Positions 7,282 to 19,136 are shown, numbered from the stretch's first letter. The stretch: DNA of 64,000 nt from Candidatus Latescibacterota bacterium (GCA_965242865.1 CBDETK010000013.1:1920001-1984000); one strand, 5' to 3'. A program made the numbers and translations. Notes: generated from the letters alone by a model not told the origin.

Positions 7282-10200
7282 TTACTTGAGCAGCAGCATC
7301 TTCTTGACGGCGTGGAACTCGTCGCCCGCCTGCAAGCAGTAGAAATACAGCCCCGACGACAAGCTGTGCCCGCTATCGTCGGTCGCGTCCCACCCCACTA
7401 AGTAGCGGCCGGCGCTCTGATGCTCGGCCACTAGCGTCCGCACCGGCTGACCGACGACATTGTACACGGTCAACTGCACGTTGGCCGCTTGCGGCAGCGC
7501 GTATTGGATCGTCGTCGCCGGGTTGAACGGGTTGGGATAGTTGCTCGTCAGCGCAAAGGCGGCCGGCCGCGTCTGAAGCAGCATGGCCGCACTCGCGCCG
7601 GTCGCGTCCGTCACCGTGTAGGTATAGACGGGCGCACCCTCGGCTTGCGGCGTCCCGGAAATCGTCCGTGTGATCGGGTCAAACGACACACCCGTCGGCA
7701 GGGCTGGCGACAGGCTGTACGTCAGCGGCTCAGTGCCGCCGGTGCCCGCTGGCAGCGCGAAGGCTTCCACCGGCTGGCCGACGACGAACTCGCGGATGGT
7801 CGCTCCGTCGGCCGACGTCGTGGGAACGATCTTGCCCAACCCAATGAACTGACTGAAAAAGTCGCCAAAATTCAACGACGAGTTGACCGCGATGGAAAAG
7901 GTCAGCGACGCGGTGGCCCCCGCCCCGTCGGTAGCCGTGTAGGTGACGTCGACCGCCTCGTCGGTGGCGGCGTCGGGCGTACCGGAAATCGTGCGGGTGG
8001 CCGCGTCAAACGACAAGCCGGCCGGTAGCCCCGACACGCTATACGTTACGTCGCCCGTACCACCCGTCGCTTCCGGCAGTTCCAGCACAGGAATCGCCGA
8101 CCCTGCGGTGTACTCTTGGGCATCAACCGCTGTCCCGTCGGCAAAGGCGAGCGGCGTGGCTTCCGGGGGCGGCGTCGTGGCAGCACCAGCGTCGGCCAGC
8201 GTGATTTGGGCGGAGCCGCTCGTCAAGCCTGCCGCCGAGCCGTGGAGCGTAATCGTCTCGCGGCCCTCGTCCTCGTTATCGGTCGTCGGGTCGAGCAGCA
8301 CGATCAGCGAACCGGAGGTCGCGCCGGCCGGAATGACCAGCGAGGGATTGAACAGTGCCGAATAATCCAAATCCCGCGTCGCCTCCGACGCCGCATCCAC
8401 CGAAATCGTTACGGTCGCGTCGGCGTCCAGCACCTTGCCGTCTAAGGTCGCCGTAACCGTAACCTCGGTCACCACCGCGTCCTCGCTGAGGGTGTGCGGC
8501 GACACCGATAGCGAGAGGGCCGTACTCGGCGTCTCATCGTCGGCGATCTTAATGTCCGTCTGCGCCGAGCCGCCCGAGGCTTTCGCCTGTACGCCCAAGA
8601 ACCGATTGCCATCGACCTCCTCGTTGTCAAGGGGCGTGAGGGTCAGCAGCGTCCGGCCCTCGGTCTCGCCCGCGGCAATGATGACCGAGCCGCCCAGCGT
8701 GGCCGTGTAATCCGCATCGCGCACGGCCGGTGTGCCCGTGTTAGGCGCGACAATCGTGAACAGCACGGTCTCGGCCTTCGCGGATGGCGCGACCAACATC
8801 GCTGTCAGGAGGATGGCGGTCGTCTCCCCGTTCTCCCGCACCGACGAATGCGTCGAGGTCAGGTTAGCGACTTTCGCCGTGGGGGCTGGGGCCGACCCGA
8901 TCTCAAAGGTCAGGCTGAGGGCATCGGTGTTGACCGGGTCCGGGGCACTGTCAATGACCGTGTAGATGACGGTGGCCGTGTCGGCCATCGTCGGCGTCCC
9001 TGACAGCGTGCGGGTGGTCGCGTCAAACGACAGCCCCGCCAGTAGGGTCGCCGACACGCTATACGTCTTGTCGCCTACGCCGCCGGTAGCGACTGGCAGC
9101 ACGAATGGCTCAATCGCCGTGCCGACCGTGTACTCAAACACCGTCGATACCACGTCAATGTCGTCTGCGAAGCGCAGGACGCCCAGCGGCGTCTCTGTCG
9201 GGTCCCCATCTTTCAGCGTTACCACCGCCGTAGTGACCGTGACGTCTTCGTCGTCCGCATTTTTGACCGGACTTTTCAGCGCGGTCAGGCCGATCTTTTT
9301 ATCGCCACCTGCCAACGGGGTGATCGACACGGTCGTCGAGCCGCTGATCTCGCCGGCTGGAATGACCAGCGAGCGCAGAATCGCCGTGTATTCGGTGTCG
9401 CGGGTGGCCGCATCGTCGTCCATGTCGCCATCGGCATCCGTATCGGTCGTGACGACCAAGACCACGGGCACATCCTCGTCGAAGACTTGGCCGTTTAAGG
9501 TGCCGGTCACCGCAACGTCCGTCGCTCCTGTGCCCGCCTTGATCTCCCCCGGACTCGCCGTCAGCGTGATCTCGGAGGTCAGCGTCTCATCGTCCACAAT
9601 GGTAATCGTCTCGCGCGCCTCGGTGACGCCCGCGCCGACCGTGGCGACTACTATGAAACTCCGCGCCTCATTCACCGTTGAGTTATCAACCGGGGTCAGC
9701 GTCAGCGTCGTCTCGGCCGAGGTTTTGCCGGCCGGAATGACGAGATCGCTCAGAGCCACCGTGTAATCGATGTCGCGCCGCCCCGCTTGCGGCTCAATGG
9801 AAAACGACACCCGCGCATCGTCCTCTAGCGCATTCTTCAAGGTGACTGTCAGGGTGATGGCTTGCTGTCCGGCCCCCTCGCGGACCGTCGCTGGCGTCGC
9901 GGTCAGCCCGTCGTCAGCCCCTTTGAGATCGACGATGGGAGCGGCCTTTATCGCAAAGAAATGAGGAGGAATCGCAACATACTGGGGCAAGAGGCTTTCA
10001 AGCAAATAAGCCGCAGAAGGAGGATCGCCCACCGTATGGACGAACTCTCTATCGGCAGCCACCATCTCGGCTACGGCAGATGTCCCGGCACTGATGTCGC
10101 GTTCCCATAGCCCAAATGCCCAATTGACCCAACCATCCGCATTAACCTCAGGAATGCTGCCATCGGCGGGTGCTGCTGGTGGAATCACCCCATCGCCGTT

Positions 10201-11379
10201 TAGGTCAATGCCGAGTCTCGCTTCCCTAAGAAGGCCGTCGCAAACCCCATCAAAGTTGACATCGTGCTGGGAAGGGGGGCCGGAGGTCGTGGGGGTGCAG
10301 CCGAGACCTGCTTCTGAGAACGTAACTTGATCGGAATAGGACAAATCAAGAGCCAGCAAATCAAGAGCCAGCGAGTCTCCTTTATCCCCATCGAGGTTCA
10401 AGTCAATGCCTTTGAGAACCGCCGTCCGCGCCCCCTTGAGCACGATGCGACCCGCCTTGCCTTTGGGATCGAGGGTAATCGTCGTCTTGGCCGACGCCTT
10501 GTTCCGGCGCAGGGTTAGAGACGCAGCCGACGCCGAGTAATCCGTATCGCGCGTCAGGATCGAGTCCGCAGTAACACCAGCCGGGTAATCATCGGCATCA
10601 ACGCCCGCAGCATTGGCGAAAACCAAGTTAAAGGTCTGGTCTGACCGCAGGGTGCCGCCGTTCAAGGTGGCGGTCACGGTGACTTGGGTCGGCCCCGCGT
10701 CCTTGCTCAGACTGGCCGGCGAAAACGAAAGGTCTAACCGACTGCTTAGCTTTTCGTCGTCCGTGACGCGAATCTCCGTCGGCTCAACGGTTTGGCCGCC
10801 GGCAAGACCCTCGATTTTGATGACCAGATCGGGATAGCGTTTGGGGTAGTCGCTGTCAATGCCCCAAGGGATGGTGAACTCGTCATAAGTATTGTAAAAA
10901 CCGCGCTCGTCATTGTCCTTCGGCGTGAGGGAGATCGTCCCAGTGGCCTCTTTCTTGCCCTTGGGAATCACGATAGTCGGCAGGGTGATGGCAAAGCGGC
11001 TGTTGATATGGGCGCGGCTATTGTACCAGTCTTTCCAATCGCTCGCTGGCCTACCGTTGGGCGGCTGGTTATAGTTGAACCAAGTGTTTCCAGGACCAGG
11101 CACAAAACGACCATTCTCAAGATCGAGACGGAAAGCACCACTGCTGGGAGTGGGACTTGTGCCTACAACCAAGGCCACAGCCGTGTTCGCTGTCGCCTCA
11201 GCGTCCATTTTGGCGGTCACTGTGATCGCGGTCTTCCCGCCCTCCTCGCGCACCGTAGGCTTATCTACCGATAGGGTAATAGCCGCTGCCGCTGCACCAG
11301 CCCATCCCAACGCCAAGCTAACGGCCAACAACCCAAAGCCGTAGAAGCGAAACGCACGAAACATTCCCATTGATGTCAT
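7282..11379 (-). CDS. Large secreted/surface protein with Calx-beta/Ig-like repeats, putative Ig (He_PIG) domains and a C-terminal FlgD-Ig tail
   Basis: GAGGAG RBS, signal peptide, repeated ITVTATL..ATRDxDY units, LPAGLSFDAATRTISGTP, NYPNPFNPATTIQY...WDATDDSG..LSSGLYFY..KKMLLLK. Confidence 0.85.
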   Translation of the reverse strand: MTSMGMFRAFRFYGFGLLAVSLALGWAGAAAAAITLSVDKPTVREEGGKTAITVTAKMDAEATANTAVALVVGTSPTPSSGAFRLDLENGRFVPGPGNTWFNYNQPPNGRPASDWKDWYNSRAHINSRFAITLPTIVIPKGKKEATGTISLTPKDNDERGFYNTYDEFTIPWGIDSDYPKRYPDLVIKIEGLAGGQTVEPTEIRVTDDEKLSSRLDLSFSPASLSKDAGPTQVTVTATLNGGTLRSDQTFNLVFANAAGVDADDYPAGVTADSILTRDTDYSASAASLTLRRNKASAKTTITLDPKGKAGRIVLKGARTAVLKGIDLNLDGDKGDSLALDLLALDLSYSDQVTFSEAGLGCTPTTSGPPSQHDVNFDGVCDGLLREARLGIDLNGDGVIPPAAPADGSIPEVNADGWVNWAFGLWERDISAGTSAVAEMVAADREFVHTVGDPPSAAYLLESLLPQYVAIPPHFFAIKAAPIVDLKGADDGLTATPATVREGAGQQAITLTVTLKNALEDDARVSFSIEPQAGRRDIDYTVALSDLVIPAGKTSAETTLTLTPVDNSTVNEARSFIVVATVGAGVTEARETITIVDDETLTSEITLTASPGEIKAGTGATDVAVTGTLNGQVFDEDVPVVLVVTTDTDADGDMDDDAATRDTEYTAILRSLVIPAGEISGSTTVSITPLAGGDKKIGLTALKSPVKNADDEDVTVTTAVVTLKDGDPTETPLGVLRFADDIDVVSTVFEYTVGTAIEPFVLPVATGGVGDKTYSVSATLLAGLSFDATTRTLSGTPTMADTATVIYTVIDSAPDPVNTDALSLTFEIGSAPAPTAKVANLTSTHSSVRENGETTAILLTAMLVAPSAKAETVLFTIVAPNTGTPAVRDADYTATLGGSVIIAAGETEGRTLLTLTPLDNEEVDGNRFLGVQAKASGGSAQTDIKIADDETPSTALSLSVSPHTLSEDAVVTEVTVTATLDGKVLDADATVTISVDAASEATRDLDYSALFNPSLVIPAGATSGSLIVLLDPTTDNEDEGRETITLHGSAAGLTSGSAQITLADAGAATTPPPEATPLAFADGTAVDAQEYTAGSAIPVLELPEATGGTGDVTYSVSGLPAGLSFDAATRTISGTPDAATDEAVDVTYTATDGAGATASLTFSIAVNSSLNFGDFFSQFIGLGKIVPTTSADGATIREFVVGQPVEAFALPAGTGGTEPLTYSLSPALPTGVSFDPITRTISGTPQAEGAPVYTYTVTDATGASAAMLLQTRPAAFALTSNYPNPFNPATTIQYALPQAANVQLTVYNVVGQPVRTLVAEHQSAGRYLVGWDATDDSGHSLSSGLYFYCLQAGDEFHAVKKMLLLK

Positions 11380-11604
11380 TTTAATACTCCTCACTTAGTA
11401 TGCGATACGATACCCAAAGGACGGAACTGGAGGGCGACAGCCTGTCTGTTGGAGGCACTAACGGTGACTCAGATCGGCGCACCGAGCGTAGGGAACTCGA
11501 TGCGACGCGCTTCCACTTTGTCGGGGGTGCTGTTGGCATACAGGCAACCAGCGGATGCCAACAGCATGAGCAAGAGATAAATCTCTCTAAGCTCGGGACC
11601 GGAT

Positions 11605-11650
11605 TTTTCGGGGGGAGGGGGGGGGTAAGTTGTTGTTTTTCAACGACTTA
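11605..11650 (-). promoter_or_regulatory. Palindrome + poly-C element, copy 2
   Basis: Minus strand: TAAGTCGTTG-AAAAA-CAACAACTTA, then C9-T-C6, then GAAAA; ~230 bp upstream of the ATG at 11379. Confidence 0.6.
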
Positions 11651-11762
11651 CAGAAACTGTTTAACATTGTTGCTATTGCGCCAAAGGGGTCCAACCGGGT
11701 GTTTGCTCTCGGTCTGCTCTAATATAAATATGTTCCCAATCCGATACCAACCCTCAGCCTTA

Positions 11763-11854
11763 GAAGCAGGAATGACGGGGGCCGGCACGGGGGCCGGCCC
11801 CCTACGGTTATGGTTTATTCAACACGACCCAAGGGGGATTTTCAGACAGCCTTC
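11763..11854. mobile_element. Degenerate MITE family A with an embedded GTAG-type REP
   Basis: TTA-GAAGC left end, REP hairpin, subterminal TTCAACACGACCCAAGG and TTTTCAGACAGCCTTC right end; overlaps the 3' end of the DUF1015 gene. Confidence 0.6.
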
Positions 11855-13157
11855 CAGAAAGCCGCCGACACTCCAAGTAGTAGCGCTTCTCTGTGGCCTC
11901 GCCCAGCGAAAACGTCTTGCGCGGCGTGGCTCCGTCGGCTGCAATCGTCTTGAACAAGTCGCGCTTGTCCATGGTCGGCAGAAAGAAGCCGATGCGGTCC
12001 GGCCCCGTAGCCAACTGCTCTAGCGCATCCTCGCCGTGAATGTAGTCGAGGCGAGCGCGGGGATGCGCGTCGAGATAGCGGTCCAAAAAGACCTGCAGGG
12101 ACGCGACTTCAAGCTGGAAGCCAGACTCGGCCATGCCCAACAGGCCGCGCTCGGCCCCGCTTATGTAGGGAATGTGGTGCCCCGGGCCGAGGGCCGCTAC
12201 GCGGCAGGCCGCTTCCCACTCGTCCCGATCGGCAAAGGTCCGACGGCTAAATCCCCCCTCTGTGTAGTAAGTCTCCATGGCCCGCAAGAGATCGGCCGCA
12301 TCTACCCCAAAAACCACCCGATGGATCGGCGTGAACTCCAGCCCTTCGTCGTGGATATTGACTAGTTCGGCCAAAGCGTAGCGCGCCGGGTGATTCATTA
12401 TCCGCTCGTCCCCTGCTGCTGCCTTGAGACGCTCCCACACCGCACGCGCGGTGGCAAAGGAGTGGTTGCCGTCGCCCAGCGCGTAGAGCAGCGGCGGCGC
12501 ACCGCTGGCGAAGCCGGCGAGGTGCCCGGCGATCGCAGCGATCCGCGTCTCATCGTCGATATGCCAGCCTCTAAGGCGGCCACCGCCTAGCATCAGCTCG
12601 ACATCGTAGGCCGGCTGCAAATTTTCTTGGCCCAGCGGCTCAATCACCGTCTGCTGCGGGTCGTCGATCAGCACGATGATGTGCGGCGTTTCCAGCGACG
12701 CCTGCTCCCGCACCTGAATCCTCGGGGGCAATCGGCTCTGGTCCGTGCCCTCGGTCGGGCGAATCAGGGTTCGCGCTCCGTCTCGGTAGTCGTACTGCTC
12801 CAAGTCCAAGGCGACGACCAGTCCCCGACGCGGCACCGCACGCCCCACCTCCCGCTCCACCAGCATAAAACCGGGCGGCTGCTCTACCAGCATGCCGCTC
12901 GTGAGATACTCCTGCATCCGCTGGTTAATGCCGGCGATGGTCTGGTCGTGGCCCGCCGCCTTGAGATAGGCTTCGGGAAAAATTAGCTGGAGCGTCGAAG
13001 GATCCGCGCCGACAATCTCCCGCACTTTCTCCCAGTATTCGGGCTGGGAGGTGTACTGATCGCAGGCAATGACCGCCCACGTTTCGAGGGAAATGTCGGC
13101 GCGCGGCAAGAGCAGGGACGGAACGTGCAGGGCGGCCTCGGGATAGTATCGCTGCAT
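11808..13157 (-). CDS. DUF1015 family protein
   Basis: WAVIACDQYTSQPEYW, LIRPTEGT, GDGNHS.ATA, PRKTFSLGEA.EKRYYLE. Confidence 0.85.
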   Translation of the reverse strand: MQRYYPEAALHVPSLLLPRADISLETWAVIACDQYTSQPEYWEKVREIVGADPSTLQLIFPEAYLKAAGHDQTIAGINQRMQEYLTSGMLVEQPPGFMLVEREVGRAVPRRGLVVALDLEQYDYRDGARTLIRPTEGTDQSRLPPRIQVREQASLETPHIIVLIDDPQQTVIEPLGQENLQPAYDVELMLGGGRLRGWHIDDETRIAAIAGHLAGFASGAPPLLYALGDGNHSFATARAVWERLKAAAGDERIMNHPARYALAELVNIHDEGLEFTPIHRVVFGVDAADLLRAMETYYTEGGFSRRTFADRDEWEAACRVAALGPGHHIPYISGAERGLLGMAESGFQLEVASLQVFLDRYLDAHPRARLDYIHGEDALEQLATGPDRIGFFLPTMDKRDLFKTIAADGATPRKTFSLGEATEKRYYLECRRLSGRLSENPPWVVLNKP

Positions 13158-13163
13158 CGCCAG

Positions 13164-13991
13164 CTAACCGAGCAACGGTCTGGCCCAAGCCGAAAAAATC
13201 GGGAAGATCGCCTCTGGAGCCGCCAGTTCGGGGTGCCAGCGCTTCTCGTGCTCAAACATGATCCAGCCGTCGTACCCGTGCTCCTTGAGCAGGGCGATTG
13301 CCTCGGCCAAGGGCAATTGGCCGGTGCCCGGCCGCACGTACCGCCAACCGTCCCGCATCGCTTCGGCGTGGTCGGGATCGTAAATGGCGTCCTTGACGTG
13401 GGTATAGCCGATGCGCGGTCCCACCGCCTGATAGGTCTGCTCCGGCGACTCCGCCCCTACGCGCGCGGTGTGGCCCATGTCCCAGAGTACGCCGAACGCC
13501 TCGTTGGGAATGCGGTTGAGCAGCAGCTTGCACTCCACCGCCTTGATCCACTCGTCGTGGGTTTCAAAAAGCCACTTGAGTTGGCCGGCCCCATCCAATT
13601 CCAAGATCTGTTCCATCGTCTCCCGCCCGATGTCGGCCAGCTCCTCCTTGGAGTAGGTCTTGGAATCGCCGCCGCCAAACACTCGGATCGCTCCACAGCC
13701 CAACGCCTGGGCCACCGGGATCGAGCGTCTCGCTTCCTCTACGTTCTCCTCGCGCTTCTCCGGCACGCAGACCCGGATGCTGGAGCTGATCCCCGAGACC
13801 TCCAAGCCAGCAGCGGCTAGCTGGCGTCGGGTGTGGGCCACGCCGCTGGTGAACGCCGGCAATCGGGTAATGTCCATCGTCTCCTGCAACCCGCGGAAAT
13901 CGACGCCGTCGTAGCCGTATTCGCGGCCCCGGCGGCAAATGGTATCCAAGTCCCAATCGGGACAGCCCAACGTCGTAAAGCTGATTTTCAT
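13164..13991 (-). CDS. Sugar-phosphate isomerase/epimerase (xylose-isomerase-like TIM barrel)
   Basis: FTTLGCPDW, ETHD, WDMGH, HVKD, EHEKRWHP; AGGAG RBS. Confidence 0.85.
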   Translation of the reverse strand: MKISFTTLGCPDWDLDTICRRGREYGYDGVDFRGLQETMDITRLPAFTSGVAHTRRQLAAAGLEVSGISSSIRVCVPEKREENVEEARRSIPVAQALGCGAIRVFGGGDSKTYSKEELADIGRETMEQILELDGAGQLKWLFETHDEWIKAVECKLLLNRIPNEAFGVLWDMGHTARVGAESPEQTYQAVGPRIGYTHVKDAIYDPDHAEAMRDGWRYVRPGTGQLPLAEAIALLKEHGYDGWIMFEHEKRWHPELAAPEAIFPIFSAWARPLLG

Positions 13992-14005
13992 GGTCTCTCT
14001 CCTGA

Positions 14006-14123
14006 GTACGCGACACTTACTTTGATTCCGCCTTTTCTGGTATTCCCGGTGCGTCCGGGATCGAGGGCGTCCCGCCCTCGACGAGGGCAAGATCCGTGAA
14101 AGGCGGAAACTGGTGTCGTGTAG
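14006..14123. mobile_element. MITE family B (118 bp)
   Basis: Terminal repeats GTACGCGACAC / GTGTCGTGTAG (9/11), flanked by TGA/TAA, with the internal GATCGAGGGC hairpin repeat. Confidence 0.65.
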
Positions 14124-14136
14124 TAAGGCATCCTTT

Positions 14137-15699
14137 TCACCGCATGAGATCGGCGATGCGCTCGCCGATGGCCATGGAGGTAATGTTGGTGTTGGCGCGC
14201 ACGCAGTCGGGCATAATGGCTGCGTCGGCCACGCGCAGGTTTTTGAGGCCGTGAACTTGGCCGTACTGATTGACGACCGCCATGGAGTCGCTCGCCGGTC
14301 CCATCTTGCAAGTCGAGGAGATGTGGTGGCTGGTGCCCACTTCGCGCCGCATCCACTCGTCGAGCGCGTCGTCCGTGGCGAGTTCAGCGTTGGTTGGGCC
14401 GATGCGCTCGGCCACGAGCGCGTCGAGCGCGTCGTGTTTGAGCAGGTCCAAGATGATGTGGATGGATTCGCGCAGGCGGGTGCGGTCTGAAGCCTCGGCC
14501 AAGTAGTTGTAATCGAGCACGGGCTGCACGTGCGGGTCGGCGGAAGCCAGTTTGAGTTCGCCCTGTCCCTCCGCCAAGTAGATGCAGCCGACCAAGTAAA
14601 AGCCCAAGGGTTTGGAATGCGACTCCGTGTAGTACCCCTCGGTCGTGGCAAAGGAGGCCGGGATAATGAACATGTCGTTGCGCCAGTCCGATCCAGTGGC
14701 GGTGTAGCGCAGGCCAATTTGCAGCCGCGGCTCCGTGCCGTCGCCGAGGAACTCGTCCTTGGCCCGCAAGGTCACGCTCACTTGCGGATGGTCGCGCAGA
14801 TTTTGCCCGACGCCAGCGAGGTCGCACACCACGTCAACGCCGAGGGCCTCCAAGTGCGCGGCTGGCCCGACGCCCGACAGCAAGAGCAGGTGCGGCGAGC
14901 CAATAGCCCCGCCGCACAGGACGATTTCGCCGCCGTGAACCGCAGAGAGGACGCCGTCGCGCTCGACGAGCAGGCCGGTCGCGCGCGGGCCGGCAAAGAG
15001 CACGCGCTGGACCCGGGTGTTGGCTTGAATGGTGAGATTGGGGCGGCCGCGAGCCGGGTTGAGGTAGCCGAGGTTAGCACTCCAGCGAATGCCCTCGGCG
15101 TTGTTGAGGGCCAAGGGGCCGACGCCAGTGGAAGCCGGGTCGTTGTGATCCGGGCAGTCGGGGTAGCCAGCCGTGTGTGCGGCCTCGTAAAAGGCGCGGT
15201 GCTCTGGGTTGAGCTCGTGGTCTTTGAACCGCCGAGCGCGAATGGGGCCGTCGGCACCGTGGTACGGGGCGTCGCCGTAGTCGGGATCGGATTCGAGGCG
15301 GCACAAAAAGGGCAACAGGGCGTCGTGGCTCCACAGATCGTTGCCAGCCGCGGCCCATGAATCGTAGTCTTCGGGCACTCCGCGCAAAAAGATCTGCGCG
15401 TTGATCGCACTCGACCCGCCGACGATTTTGCCGCGCGGCACAAAGAAGTCGGGGCGCAGGTCCGTGGCTCGGGCGCGGTATCCCCAGCCATATCGAGTGC
15501 CCACGCCAAAGGCGCGCGCCCAAATGTTGCGATCGCGCCCATAAGCGAAGCGAATCTCCGCGGGCAAGTCTGCAACCGTTGCGAAATCCGGCCCGGCCTC
15601 CAGCAGCAAGACCGACCGACTCGGATCCTCGCTGAGCCGCGCCGCGAGAACCGCACCCGCAGCACCCGCCCCGGCAATGACGACATCGTACGTGGACAT
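14137..15699 (-). CDS. GMC oxidoreductase (choline dehydrogenase-like)
   Basis: GAGAAG FAD motif, RGKIVGGSSAIN, VGQNLRDHP, HISSTCKMG, LRVADA, NTN. Confidence 0.9.
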   Translation of the reverse strand: MSTYDVVIAGAGAAGAVLAARLSEDPSRSVLLLEAGPDFATVADLPAEIRFAYGRDRNIWARAFGVGTRYGWGYRARATDLRPDFFVPRGKIVGGSSAINAQIFLRGVPEDYDSWAAAGNDLWSHDALLPFLCRLESDPDYGDAPYHGADGPIRARRFKDHELNPEHRAFYEAAHTAGYPDCPDHNDPASTGVGPLALNNAEGIRWSANLGYLNPARGRPNLTIQANTRVQRVLFAGPRATGLLVERDGVLSAVHGGEIVLCGGAIGSPHLLLLSGVGPAAHLEALGVDVVCDLAGVGQNLRDHPQVSVTLRAKDEFLGDGTEPRLQIGLRYTATGSDWRNDMFIIPASFATTEGYYTESHSKPLGFYLVGCIYLAEGQGELKLASADPHVQPVLDYNYLAEASDRTRLRESIHIILDLLKHDALDALVAERIGPTNAELATDDALDEWMRREVGTSHHISSTCKMGPASDSMAVVNQYGQVHGLKNLRVADAAIMPDCVRANTNITSMAIGERIADLMR

Positions 15700-15737
15700 G
15701 AACACCTCCTAGGTTCGGGTCTAATGTAATATCGCCC

Positions 15738-15908
15738 AACGGCCTACCCATTGCCACCGTCGAACTCAAAAACGCCTTCACCGGCCAGCGCAGTAGGCAC
15801 ACCATTCAGCAATACAAATACAAAGCCCGTGTGCCCACTTCCAAGACGCCCCTGATCCAATTCAAAAAACGCGCCCTCGTGCATTTTGCCGTCGATACCG
15901 ACGAAGCG
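15738..15908 (+). pseudogene. Shard of a type I restriction enzyme R subunit (HsdR N-terminal region)
   Basis: Unannotated frame reads NGLPIATVELKNAFTGQ...IQQYK...PLIQFKKRALVHFAVDTDE, a characteristic HsdR segment. Confidence 0.75.
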
Positions 15909-15988
15909 CACCAACTGGAAGCAGACATCCGCAATACCCTCAGCGACGCCTTGTGCAAGCAGCTCTGCCGCACGGCCCGAGAGGCCCT

Positions 15989-16017
15989 TTGACGCCTTCT
16001 TGCTCTTGGCCTACTGT
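15989..16017 (+). promoter_or_regulatory. Candidate sigma70 promoter for the uxaC-like gene
   Basis: TTGACG-17 bp-TACTGT, 30 bp upstream of the ATG at 16048. Confidence 0.45.
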
Positions 16018-16047
16018 TATGCCCTCATCCCGACAGGAGCCTCCGCC

Positions 16048-17316
16048 ATGAGCACCGCTGCCCTATCCCGCGCCCAAATCCCCGCCATCGTCGCCGAAGA
16101 GACCGCGCCCCAACGGCTGATCATCAACGACTGGCACACCCATCTCCTCGGCCCCAAAGCCGGGCCTCAGCTCTGCCTGTACGGCATCGACCACCAGCTT
16201 ACCTATCACTACGTGCGCCGCAAGCTCTTTGCCGCCAGCCACATCGACCCGGCCACCTTCTACTCGTGGAGTTTAGAACAACAAGGCGATTTTACTTGGC
16301 AGAAGCTCTTTGCCGACGCTGCTTCCGACCCATTCGACGAAGGCTGTCGCGGCGTGGTCGTCGCGCTAGCAGCCCTCGGCCTCGACCCCAACGCGGCCAC
16401 GCTGGCCGAGGCGCGTCAATTTTACGCCGACACCGCCCCAGCCGAAATACAACGCCGCTGCATGGAGCTGGCCGGTGTGCGCCGCATCGTCGGCACCCAA
16501 GACGTGTTCAACGACCTAGAGCGCGCGTACTACGAAAGCGGCGAGTGGGACGAGCATTATCTATCCGGGTATCGCCTCGACGAGCTCGTCTTGCACTACC
16601 CGCGTGCGGCCGGGCGGCTCAACGCTTGGGGCTATGCCGTCGGCAACGACCCCAGCCAGCCGGCTACGGCCGCGGCCATTCGCCGCTTCCTCGCCGACTG
16701 GTACGACAAGCTGCACGGCGTGGCGTACGGCGCGTGCTCGTTCCCACCCCATTGCCCAGTCCACGATCTCAGCGGGCTAGCGGGCGCAGTTCTCCACCAC
16801 GCAGTGCTGCCGGCCCTGCGCGAGTTTAAGCTCCCCTTCTTTATGATGCCCGGCCCCATTCGCCAACTCAACCCCGAGTGGCGCGACGCCGGCGACGGCG
16901 TAGGGCTGGCCGACATGCACCCCTACCAGCAGCTCGTGCGCCGCCATCCCGACAACGCCTTCTTCATCACGCCGCTCCACAACGCCAACCAGTACGACGC
17001 CAGCGTCCTCTCCTGCCACAACGACAACGTCCTGGTCATTGGCCACTGGTGGTTCAACTACCATCCGGGCTTAGTCGAACGGGATCTGCGGACGCGCCTC
17101 GAAATGACCGGCGACCGCTTCATCCCCTTTAACTCAGACGCGCGCGTACTGGAAAACCTCATCCCCAAGTGGCAGCGCTTCCGCGCCATCCTCGCCCACG
17201 TCCTAACCGAAAAGTACCAAGACCTGCACGACGCCGGCCGGCACGTAACTCGCGCGGGCATCGCCCACACCCTCCAGACCTTGTTCACGCCCAACCGCTT
17301 TGCCCAACTCGCCTAA
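16048..17316 (+). CDS. Glucuronate isomerase-like amidohydrolase-fold protein
   Basis: [43 protein letters not shown] match the divergent UxaC family. Confidence 0.8.
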   Translation: MSTAALSRAQIPAIVAEETAPQRLIINDWHTHLLGPKAGPQLCLYGIDHQLTYHYVRRKLFAASHIDPATFYSWSLEQQGDFTWQKLFADAASDPFDEGCRGVVVALAALGLDPNAATLAEARQFYADTAPAEIQRRCMELAGVRRIVGTQDVFNDLERAYYESGEWDEHYLSGYRLDELVLHYPRAAGRLNAWGYAVGNDPSQPATAAAIRRFLADWYDKLHGVAYGACSFPPHCPVHDLSGLAGAVLHHAVLPALREFKLPFFMMPGPIRQLNPEWRDAGDGVGLADMHPYQQLVRRHPDNAFFITPLHNANQYDASVLSCHNDNVLVIGHWWFNYHPGLVERDLRTRLEMTGDRFIPFNSDARVLENLIPKWQRFRAILAHVLTEKYQDLHDAGRHVTRAGIAHTLQTLFTPNRFAQLA

Positions 17317-17351
17317 GCACATCCCAATCCTCAACGGAGGTTTTACCCCCA

Positions 17352-18977
<1,626 letters not shown>

Positions 18978-19004
18978 GCTTCATGCGATACCCTGAGAAG
19001 CCAG

Positions 19005-19130
19005 CTGTATCCCAGTGAAGCAGCGGTCACTGTAGTGGGCCGCCTCAATAAGGCGATGGCCGATCAACTGACGACCGCCAGCAAGGAGCGGCTCACCAAG
19101 AAGATGGGACAGGTGCCCCGCGAAGACCTA
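19005..19130 (+). pseudogene. Shard of a PemK/MazF toxin (C-terminal half)
   Basis: LYPSEAAVTVVGRLNKAMADQLTTASKERLTKKMGQV matches the MazF 'ADQxxTxSKxRL' region; no start, no antitoxin. Confidence 0.75.
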
Positions 19131-19136
19131 CACAAT

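Noticed and set aside
7269-11765. Large Ig-repeat gene as MITE cargo
   Set aside because: The flanking element ends face away from the gene, so they do not bracket it.
13992-14717. N-terminal extensions in the ORF track (also 17169, 23905, 28878, 20403, 23174, 49763 starts)
   Set aside because: They overlap neighbouring genes or repeats; downstream starts with an RBS or family-typical N-termini were chosen.
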